This document shows, in pieces, positions 26,851 through 37,200 of a stretch of DNA of 64,000 nucleotides. The position numbers and the translations under genes are program-made. The stretch is from NCBI RefSeq assembly GCF_963921235.1, contig NC_086108.1, forward strand, positions 50,594,001 to 50,658,000, written 5' to 3'. The notes beneath the pieces are model-generated. The model was not told the DNA's origin and did no database searches. It was given only the letters and a program-made list of their open reading frames with translations. Each line of letters opens with the position of its first letter. The first letter of the stretch is position 1. The stretch comes from Mobula hypostoma (Eukaryota).

Positions 26851-27731
26851 TGTCATGGTCCGGTCCGTGAAGTCTGCATTCCGGTTCACAGACCAGTCCA
26901 TCGATCCTTACTCCAGGTTTTCTGGTTTTCCTTTGTTCTGTTGGGTGCTCTAATTGAGGCATATGATTCTCGTTTGGGCAGACACATAAATACCTCCGGA
27001 GACCAGGGCTTTGCTGCTGGATTGTTCCTGTCTGAATCCCTTCTCTGCCTCTTCCTCCTGAAGCCTTGCCTCTGTCGTTTTGAACTGTCTCTGTGTCCAC
27101 GGCTTCGCTAGGTAGGTCCAGCCGTTTGCCGCTACTTTGTGTTGGGAGCTGTCTCTCTGTGTTCTGTATATGAGCCCTGACCCTACGTCCTGTTCCCAAG
27201 GAGGGGTCCCGGCTCTGTGTTCTGCATTCCTGTCGCCCTTGATCGAGGCTCTGCGCTCCCGCCTCCCCCTCGACCGAGGCTCTGCGCTCCCGCCTCCCCC
27301 TCGACCGAGGCTCTGCGCTCCCGCCTCCCCCTCGACCGAGGCTCTGCGCTCCCGCCTCCCCCTCGACCGAGGCTCTGCGCTCCCGCCTCCCCCTCGACCG
27401 AGGCTCTGCGCTCCCGTCTCTCCCTCGACCAAGCAAGGCTTCGTGTTCTCGTCCTGTCCATGTGCCCAGTCCTGTAGCCATGTCTTGTCCTCGCCTAGTT
27501 CCGGGGTCTGAGCCCAAGTCAAGACCCAGGTTCTGGGCCCTTGTCCAGTCTCCAGCTCAGACTCCAAACCCAGGCTTCTAGTTCCCAGTTCCTTGTCTTG
27601 GTTCCGCTTGCCTAGCCAATGTCCTAGCCCAAGTCTGTGTTCTTGTCCCCGCTCTCTAGTCAAGTCCTGTTCCTAGTACTTCAGTGTCTGTGTCTTGCAT
27701 TTGGGTCTGCTCCAAGCGCCCCTGTATGACA
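26851..27731. mobile_element. Solo LTR (Gypsy-like)
   Basis: Perfect TGTCAT...ATGACA termini and 5-bp TSD ACCTC (26846-26850 and 27732-27736). Confidence 0.88.
27239..27430. repeat. 31-bp GC-rich minisatellite, 6 full units plus a partial
   Basis: Unit TCGACCGAGGCTCTGCGCTCCCGCCTCCCCC starting at 27239, 27270, 27301, 27332, 27363 and 27394. Confidence 0.97.
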
Positions 27732-28458
27732 ACCTCTGCTTTAAATATACTCAATGACTTGGTCTCAACAGTTATCCATGGTAATGAATTCCACAAATTC
27801 ACCACCCTCTGGCTAAAGAAATTCCTCCTCCCCACTGTTCTGTGGAACACCACTAGTCACCGACCTCCAGACAGAATACGCTCCATTTCTTACTACTGTT
27901 TGCCTCAGTGGGCAGCCATTTCCCAGTATCCTATGCCTCTGACTTTCTGAATGAGTCTACTATGGGGAACCTTATAGAACACCTTAATAAGATCACTGCT
28001 CGATCTTCATCTGTTTGTTTTGTCACTTCCTTGAAGAATTCAATCAGCCTCTTGGGACGTGACCTGTCCTTAGAAAGCCATGCTGACTATTCCTAATCAG
28101 ACTATGCTTCTCCAAATGCTCATAAATCCCATCTCTAGGAAACTTCGCCAATAGTTGACCCACTGATGTAAGTCCCAGGTTTATTGTTATTACCTTTCTG
28201 AACAAAGGAGTAATATTTGTTACAGTCCAATCATCTGGTACTACTGTGGCTAGCGAGGATGCAAAGATCATTGCCAAAGTGTGACAATCTCTTCCCTCTC
28301 TTTGTCTAGTAACGTGGGGCACGTCCAATCTGAATAATTATACCAAAGTAAGATTTTGACTGAAGATCTCACACAGTTCTTCTTGTCTCCAGTCTGAAGA
28401 ATCAAAGCAATTCAATAAATGAAATGGGCCTTATGTACACTCCTGATGTGAGTGATAT

Positions 28459-31400
28459 GACGTGAGTGGGAGGAACTGGATGAACTGGGCTTGTACTCGT
28501 TGGAATTTAGAAGATTGAGGGGGGATCTGATTGAAACGTATAAAATCCTAAAGGGATTGGACAGGCTAGATGCAGGAACGTGAGTGGGAGGGTGAGGAGC
28601 CAGAGGTTGTGGTACATATAGGTACCAATGACATAGGTAGGAAAAGGGATGAGGTCCTGAAAGGAGAATATAGGGAGCTAGGAAGGGAGTTGAGAAAAAG
28701 GACCGCAAAGGTAGTAATCTCGGGATTACTGCCTGTGCCACGTGACAGTGAGAGTGGGAATGCGATGAGGTGGAGGATAAATGCGTGGCTGAGGGATTGG
28801 AGCAGGGGGCAGGGATTCAAGTTTTTGGATCATTGGGACCTCTTTTGGCGCAGGCGTGACCTGTACAAAAAGGACGGGTTACACTTGAATCCTAGGGGAC
28901 CAATATCCTGGCAGGGAGATTAGCGAGGGCTACTGAGGTGACTTTAAACTAGAATGGTTGGGGGGTGGGAATCAAATTAAAGAGGCTGGGCGTGAGGAGG
29001 TTAGTTTGCAACAGGGGGATGGGAACCAGTGCAGAGAGACAAAGGGGTGTAAAGTGAGGGTAGAAGCAAAAAGTACTAAGGAGAAAAGTAAAAGTGGCAG
29101 GCCGACAAATCCAGGGCAAGCATTAAAAAGGGCCACTTTTCAACATAATTGTATAAGGGCTAAGAGAGTTGTAAAAGAGCGCCTGAAGGCTTTGTGTGTC
29201 AATGTAAGGAGCATTCGTAATAAGGTGGATGAATTGAAAGTGCAGATTGTTATTAATGATTATGATATAGTTGGGATCACAGAGACATGGCTCCAGGGTG
29301 ACCAAGGATGGGAGCTCAACGTTCAGGGATATTCAATACACAGGAGGGATAGACATGAAGGAAGGGGAGGTGGGGTGGCGTTGCTGGTTAAAGAAGAGAT
29401 TAACGCAATAGAAAGGAAGGACATAAGCCAGGAAGATGTGGAATCAATATGGGTAGAGCTGCGTAACGCTAAGGGGCAGAAGACGCTGGTGGGAGTTGTG
29501 TACAGGCCACCTAACAGTAGTAGTGAGGTCGGCGATGGTATTAAACAGGAAATTAGAAATGTGTGCAATAAAGGAACAGCAGTTATAATGGGTGACTTCG
29601 ATCTACATGTAGATTGGGTGAACCAAATTGGTAAAGGTGCTGTGGAAGAGGATTTCTTGGAATGTATGCGGGATAGTTTTTTGAACCAACATGTCGAGGA
29701 ACCAACTAGAGAGCAGGCTATTCTGGACTGGGTTTTGAGCAATGAGGAAGGGTTAATTAGCAATCTTGTCGTGAGAGGCCCCTTGGGTAAGAGTGACCAT
29801 AATATGGTGGAATTCTTCATTAAGATGGAGAGTGACATAGTTAATTCAGAAACTTAAAGAGGGGTAACTTTGAAGGTATGAGACGTGAATTAGCTAAGAT
29901 AGACTGGCAAATGGCACTTAAAGGATTGACGGTGGATATGCAATGGCAAGCATTTAAAGGTTGCATGGATGAACTACAACAATTGTTCATCCCAGTCTGG
30001 CAAAAGAATAAATCAAGGAAGGTAGTGCAGCCGTGGCTGACAAGAGAAATTAGGGATAGTATCAATTCCAAAGAAGAAGCATACAAATTAGCCAGAGAAA
30101 GTGGCTCACCTGAGGACTGGGAGAAATTCAGAGTTCAGCAGAAGAGGACAAAGGGCTTAATTAGGAAAGGGAAAAAAGATTATGAGAGAAAACTGGCAGG
30201 GAACATAAAAACTGACTGTAAAAGCTTTTATAGATATGTAAAAAGGAAAAGACTGGTAAAGACAAATGTAGGTCCCCTGCAGACAGAAACAGGTGAATTG
30301 ATTATGGGGAGCAAGGACATGGCAGACCAAGTGAATAATTACTTTGGTTCTGTCTTCACTAAGGAGGACATAAATAATCTTCCAGAAATAGTAGGGGACA
30401 GAGGGTCCAGTGAGATGGAGGAACTGAGCGAAATACATGTTAGTAGGGAAGTGGTGTTAGGTAAATTGAAGGGATTGAATGCAGATAAATCCCCAGGGCC
30501 AGATGGTCTGCATCCTAGAGTGCTTAAGGAAGTAGCCCAAGAAATAGTGGATGCATTAGTGATAATTTTTCAAAACTCGTTAGATTCTGGACTAGTTCCT
30601 GAGGATTGGAGGGTGGCTAATGTAACCCCACTTTTTAAAAAAGGAGGGAGAGAGAAACCAGGGAATTATAGACCGGTTAGCCTAATGTCGGTGGTGGGGA
30701 AACTGCTGGAGTCAGTTATCAAAGATGTGATAACAGCACATTTGGAAAGCGGTGAAATGAGCGGACAAACTCAGCATGGATTTGTGAAAGGAAAATCATG
30801 TCTGACGAATCTCATAGAATTTTTTGAGGATGTAACTAGTAGAGTGGATAGGGGAGAACCAGTGGATGTGGTATATTTGGATTTTCAAAAGGCTTTTGAC
30901 AAGGTCCCACACAGGAGATTAGTGTGCAAACTTAAAGCACACGTTATTGGGGGTAAGGTATTGATGTGGATGGAGAATTGGTTAGCAGACAGGAAGCAGT
31001 GGGAATAAACGGGACCTTTTCAGAATGGCAGGTGGTGACTGGTGGGGTACCGCAAGGCTCAGTGCTGGGACCCCAGTTGTTTACAATATATATTAATGAC
31101 TTGGATGAGGGAATTAAATGCAGCATCTCCAAGTTTGCGGATGACACGAAGCTGGGTGGCAGTGTTAGCAGTGAGGAGGATGCTAAGAGGATGCAGAGTG
31201 ACTTGGATAGGTTGGGTGAGTGGGCAAGTTCATGGCAGATGCAATTTAATGTGGATAAATGTGAAGTTATCCACTTTGGTGGCAAAAATAGGAAAACAGA
31301 TTATTATCTGAATGGTGGCCGATTAGGAAAAGGGGAGGTGCAACAAGACCTGGGTGTCATTATACACCAGTCATTGAAAGTGGGCATGCAGGTACAGCAG

Positions 31401-32246
31401 GCGGTGAAAAAGGCGAATGGTATGCTGGCATTTATAGCAAGAGGATTCGAGTACAGGAGCAGGGAGGTACTACTGCAGTTGTACAAGGCCTTGGTGAGAC
31501 CACACCTGGAGTATTGTGTGCAGTTTTGGTCCCCTAATCTGAGGAAAGTCATCCTTGCCATAGAGGGAGTACAAAGAAGGTTCACCAGATTGATTCCTGG
31601 GATGGCAGGACTTTCATATGAAGAAAGACTGGATGAACTGGGCTTGTACTTGTTGGAATTTAGAAGATTGAGGGGGGATCTGATTGAAACGTATCTGATT
31701 GACGTGAGTGGGAGGGTGAGGAGCCAGATGTCGTGGTACATATAGGTACCAATGACATAGGTAGGAAAAGGGATGAGGTCCTGAAAGGAGAATATAGGGA
31801 GCTAGGAAGGGAGTTGAGAAAAAGGACCACAAAGGTAGTAATCTCAGGAGTACTGCCTGTGCCACGCGACAGTTAGAGTAGGATTGGACAGGCTAGATGC
31901 AGGAAGATTGTTCCCGATGTTGGGGAAGTCCAGAACAAGGGGTCACAGTTTGAGGATAAAGGGGAAGCCTTTTAGGACCGAGATTAGGAAAAACTTCTTC
32001 ACACAGAGAGTGGTGAATCTGTGGAATTCTCTGCCACAGGAAACAGTTGAGGCCAGTTCATTGGCTATATTTAAGAGGGAGTTAGATATGGCCCTTGTGG
32101 CTACGGGGATCAGGGGGTATGGAGGGAAGGCTGGGGCGGGTTTCTGAGTTGGATGATCAGCCATGATCATAATAAATGGCGGTGCAGGCTCGAAGGGCCA
32201 AATGGCCTACTCCTGCACCTATTTTCTATGTTTCTATGTTTCTATG
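28459..32246 (+). mobile_element. Young CR1 LINE copy B (ORF1 esterase end, APE endonuclease, RT), disabled and rearranged
   Basis: VVHIGTNDI and DGLHLN (SGNH esterase); GITETW, YRPP, GDF and SDH (APE); FADD (RT); (TTTCTATG)3 tail. Frameshifts near 29853 and 30997, plus an internal insertion at 31695-31880. Confidence 0.96.
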
Positions 32247-32339
32247 AGTGTCCCATGCCGAAAGGAGATGGGGAGGGGGTGGATGGAAGACCCTCATCAC
32301 TCTCAGCTTGTAATGTTTGTCCAAGTATAGAAGATTGGA

Positions 32340-33517
32340 AGCAAGAGGAAATCCAGCAGATGCTGGAAATCCAAGCAACACACACAAAATACTGGAGGAA
32401 CTCAGCAGGCCAGGCAGCATCTATGGAAGAGTACAGTCGACATTTCAGGCCGAGACCCCTCAGTAGGACTGGAGAAAAAAAGCCGAGGAGTAGATTTAAG
32501 GGGAGGGGGGAGGGGAGAGAGAAACACAAGGTGATAGGTGAAACTTGAAGGGGGAGGGGTGAAGTAAAGAGCTGGGAAGTTGATTAGTGAGAGATACAGG
32601 ATTGGAGAGGGGAGAATCTGATAGAAGAGGACAGAAGGCCATGGAAGAAAGAAAAGGGGGGAGGAGCACCAGAGGGAAGCGATATGATAATGTGAGGGAG
32701 GGAAGGGGGGATGGGAAATGGTGAAGGGGGGGCATTACCAGAAGTTCAAGAATTGATGTTCATGCCATCAGGTTGGAGGCTACCCAAACAGAATATAAGG
32801 TGTTGTTCCTCCAACCTGAGTGTGGCCTCATCATGACAGTGGAGGAGGCCATGGATAGACATATGGGAATGGGAAGTGGAAGTAAAATGGGTCGTCACTG
32901 GGAGATCCCGCTTTTTCTGGTGGACAGTGTGGGTGCTCGGTGAAGCGATCTTCCAATCTACGTCAAGTCTTGCCACACTGGGAGCACTGGACACGGTATA
33001 TGTCCCCAACAGTATATATTGCTTCACCTGGAAGGACTTCAGGGCACTGAATGGCAGTGAGGGAGGAGGTGTAGGGGCAGGTGTAGCACTTGTTCCACTT
33101 GCAAGGATAAACACCAGGAGGGAGATCAGTGGGGAGGGACGAATGGACAGGGAGCGATCCCTGTGGAAAGCAGAAAGTGGAGGGGAGGGAAAGATGTGCT
33201 TAGCGGTGGAATCCCATTGAATATGACAGAAGTTGCCGGAATTATGTGGTGGACGTGGAGGCTGGTGGGGTGGTAGGTGAGGATAATCCTTGGTAGGGTG
33301 GCAGGAGGATAGAGTGAGATTAGATGTGCGTGAAATGGAACAGATGTATTTGAGGGCAGCGTAGATGGTGGAGGAAGGGAAGCCCTTTTCTTTGAAGCAG
33401 GAGGACATCTTCATTCTGGAATGAAAAGCCTCATCCTGAGAGCAGATGCGGAGGAGTCGGAGGAATTGAGAGAAGTTGATGGCGTTTTTACAAATAACGT
33501 GGGAAGGGGTGTAGTCC
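32340..33517 (-). mobile_element. Penelope-like element 3' portion (RT C-terminus/linker, GIY-YIG region, terminal repeat)
   Basis: FKEKGFPSSTI, IFPSPPLSAF.RDRSL, LPV..HF.S.SHSH, LEEQHLIFCLGSLQPDGMNI; decayed hammerhead at about 32434-32472. Confidence 0.85.
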
Positions 33518-33969
33518 GGATCGGAACCAGAAAAGTGAAATACTGTACATTGAAATGTCCAACAAGCTGGTCCGTTTCTGTGGATAAATAGAAGTCGCGG
33601 AAGGGCACTAAACTAATAATAATAAAAACTGCATATCTGTTCAGCAGCTCATAACTGTGAGTTTCCAGCGCAGGACAAAATTTACAGGGTCTCCACCTTT
33701 TAGTAAGGGAAACAACGGGGTGAAGTAAAGTACCTTGTTTCGGCGACAGCTGAAGTGCTCTCTTCACGTTAGGATGGGCTGTACATGTACAGTATCTGCA
33801 TGGACACTTCTAAAGGCGATATTGTTTTCCACAAAATGCATGCGGTTGGAAGGGAATTGTTTTAATGGAATAAATGAGGAAATTATGATCACTGCCACAA
33901 TTGACTAACAAATGAGAGATTTATGGTAACTTTAGAAGTGGTGACGGCAACTTACTGCACACCAGTACA

Positions 33970-34130
33970 GCATTGAACAATTCTCAAGGGGGAAGTCGGA
34001 AGGGGTGGGAAGGAGGGACGGCTACGCATTCAATCATGTTGATGAAACGCCATTCTGATGAACGTGCTCTGAGTCACTTCTGAATGGGTTTAAAAGATGG
34101 AGGAAACACTGGGGGAGCAGAATCAGAACA
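33970..34130 (+). promoter_or_regulatory. Putative ptgs2 proximal promoter
   Basis: Perfect AP-1 TGAGTCA at 34070-34076, TATA-like TTTAAAA at 34089-34095, C/EBP-like ATTGAACAAT (33972-33981) and CTACGCATT (34022-34030). Followed by a CpG-rich stretch over exons 1-3. Confidence 0.6.
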
Positions 34131-34146
34131 AGACTCGAAGAGAAAG

Positions 34147-34234
34147 ATGACGTTTGGAGTCTACAGTGCACTGAGTAAGCGGTCAGTGCTGGCGATCCTC
34201 CTCGTCGCCGGGCTGCTCTCCCTCGGCCAAGCAG
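34147..34234 (+). CDS. ptgs2: ptgs2 exon 1 coding part (signal peptide [29 protein letters not shown])
   Basis: ATG in AAGATGA context, hydrophobic signal peptide, donor CAG|gtaagg, phase 1 joins exon 2 in frame. Confidence 0.88.
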
Positions 34235-37200
34235 GTAAGGCGAACTTCTCTTGCCGTGGCAAGTTTGGCAGCGGCCGTGCGGCAGTTGTCCGGATCGCAG
34301 GGGATATTATTGCCCCCCTTTTCGGTTTCTGCCCGTGGTTTTGTAAACCTGACACTGGCGTCGGATTTGGGTCTGGATAATAATACAACTCTCGAGTTTA
34401 GAGGCGCCGCATGAAACTAATTGTTGCTGCCAAGGGTATATTGTACAGTTGCGGTTCGAATCGTGAACGAGTAATAATCACAGACCTGTTCCCAAGCCTC
34501 ACTTTATTTCGTGTCCTTCCCTTCACCCCACAGCCAACCCTTGCTGTTCCAACCCGTGCCAGAACCGAGGAGAATGTAGCACGGTGGGCTTCGATGGCTA
34601 TGAATGCGATTGCACCCGTACCGGATTTTATGGACAGAACTGCACCACGCGTAAGTGAAACAACCCGCCGGCAAGCTTTTACCGTGCCTTTTTTCCCTCA
34701 GCACTTTCACATCGAAAGTGAAGCCCATTTTAAGAAATGTTTTTTTTCTCTCTCTCTCCCTTCAAACAGCCGAGTTCTGGACTTGGGTGAAACTCAGCCT
34801 GAAACCCAGCCCGAACACCGTGCACTACATTCTGACCCACTATCCTGGCGTATGGAAAATAGTCAATCAGATCTCCTTCCTAAGAGACACGATCATGCGT
34901 TACGTCTTAATATGTAAGTAAAACGAATCATGCTGTTCATTGGCTTTAATTTGATTCTAGGCGATTTATTATTAAATGCAATGAGTAAATGTACTCAATG
35001 GACGTGAAATTGCATTAACAGTACAGTTCAACTGTGGCTAGTCGGACAGGGTGAGAATTCCTTATGGGAGAGGTACGGGCTTGACCTGTTCAGAGCAAAT
35101 AGGGAAATTAAAGGATTTTGTCAGGAGTAGGAAAAACTAGAATGTTTTTCCTTTTTGATTCATTGAAGTAATTGCTTACTTGCATGTTATTTGCAGACTA
35201 TATATATTTTTTTTTGTTGCTGCTGTTAATAAAATTCTTTCTCCCCCAAAAAACAGCCAGATCTCATTTGATTGACAGTCCTCCTACCTATAATTCAAAG
35301 TATGACTACAAAAGCTGGGAAGCCTATGCTAATATCTCCTACTACACGAGAAATCTCCCTCCAACTCCACAAGACTGCCCAACTCCAATGGGAGTAGTTG
35401 GTAAGTTGATAATATTAGAGTAAAGCAGCACATTTCTTAGCAGCACCGTCTCTCACCATCTGCACTGTATTACCCACTTCTGCTCCTCTCTTGTCAGATT
35501 CTCCAAGTCTTGGTATTAAATAGGTAGTTATGTAATTGGTGTGTTGAAGAAGACTGTATGGAGCTTGGCTGATATCAAAGTAGAATATTTTAAGAAACAA
35601 TAACTTCTTGTAATTCCACTTTAATGTAACGACTGCTTTGGAACAATGGAGTGGGATTTTAAATGTGAAGAAGAGGTATTTCCATTAATCTGATTGTTTG
35701 TGAAGGCCACAATGGAATTCAATGGAGACTCCAATATGAGAGTAAATAGTTGAAGCCAATAATCTGCTGATTTGTTACCATCATTTAATTTACATCCCCA
35801 TCTTGTTTTCCTGAAACTTTGCATAGTGTCTTTAGGGAAGTAGATATTGAGGAGAAAAAATATAAACATTTGCAAGAATGAATGTATACATAATTTCTCA
35901 TCAGATCCCACTGATAATGTGAGCTTCTTAGAACTTAAGTCTCTGCCCAAGGTTTTGTGGCTAGCTGTCAATATTTGTGTGAAAATCTTGCGTGGGGGCT
36001 TAAAGCTGCCATAAAACAGAATTGTTGGTGAGATTGTCTGTAACCAAATATTTTATCCATTGAAATAAACAGATGAAAGAAATATATGACATTTATTTAC
36101 TTATTTAGCAATCCAGCCTTTCTGACCCTTTGAGCCACGCTGCCCCAGCAACCTCACAACTCCAATTAACCCCAACCAAATGAGGGGATAATTTACAATG
36201 ACCAACTAACCTGCCTGGTACAGGTTTGGACTGTTGGAGGAAGACAGAGCACCCGGGGAAACCCCACACGTTCCACAGGGAGGACATAGACTCCTTACAA
36301 AACGGCACTGGAATTGAACTCTTAACTCTGGAATGCCGCGAGCTGCACTAACCGCTATGCTACTATGGTGCCCATGTTCTTATGGCTTGCAGTTAACCAG
36401 TGGAAATTCGCTGCAACTTGCTTTTAAGTTTGCAACCTTTTGTGGCTAGAAATGTATTCAAGAGTGATGCTGCCTGTTTCAGTGTTCCTACGGACATTCC
36501 CTAGATATATTTCATTACTTGGGGTGTGAAAGAAATTTCACCGCACTTTGTGTAGTTGATTCCATTTTACAGATTTGCATCTCTGTTCTATCACAGGAAA
36601 GAAAACACTGCCTGACTCCAAGTATTTAGCAGAAAGGTTCCTCCTGAGGAAGAAGTTTGTGCCTGATCCCCAAAGGACTAATATGATGTTTGCCTTCTTT
36701 GCTCAACATTTCACTCATCAGTTTTTTAAGACAGATGAGAGCCGGGGCCCCGAATTCACTAAGGGACTGGGACATGGCGTAAGTACAAATCATGTAACTC
36801 AGCTGTTTTTGAATAAATCAAAACAAAATAAACCATAATTCTACTTTTGTACTATAAATTGGCATTCCATGTTGAAGAGAACTTTGATTCAAAATAAGAG
36901 TGGCAGAAAATGAACCTGGCATTCTTGCCCTGAGAATGATTCACTATTCAGTAAAGTTATGACTGATCCATTCTTAGCCACAATGACACTTTCTCTCTCC
37001 CGCCCAAATTCCCTTGAGTCTCTTGTGGTTTTAACTGGCAATCACCATCTTGGCTTGTTTTCAGTCATTGCCTCCACAGCTCTCTTGAAGATTTTAGAGA
37101 TTTGCTACTCTTTGAGTGAAGAAATTCTTCCTCATGAAACAGATGACCCCTTACCCTGAGCTTATGTCCTCTAATTCTAGGTACCCTCTTAGCATTTATC

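Larger units (their letters stand above)
25900..28330 (-). mobile_element. Old CR1 containing a nested CR1 3' fragment (about 26700-27840), which in turn contains a solo LTR
   Basis: RT fragments (SADD, SQHGF). The nested piece begins with the CCATAAGAC tail of the 47380-49994 subfamily. Confidence 0.8.

Noticed and set aside
27239..27430. Possible CRISPR array (31-bp periodicity)
   Set aside because: Units are contiguous with no unique spacers, there are no cas genes, and the context is a eukaryotic LTR. It is a minisatellite.
26843..27663. Long overlapping ORFs of 224 and 237 aa
   Set aside because: They are repetitive translations of the stop-free minisatellite, with no recognisable domain.
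34084..34146. In-frame upstream ATG extending the ptgs2 N-terminus
   Set aside because: It lies upstream of the TATA-like box and would add a charged segment ahead of the signal peptide. ATG 34147 is preferred, although the TSS is unverified.
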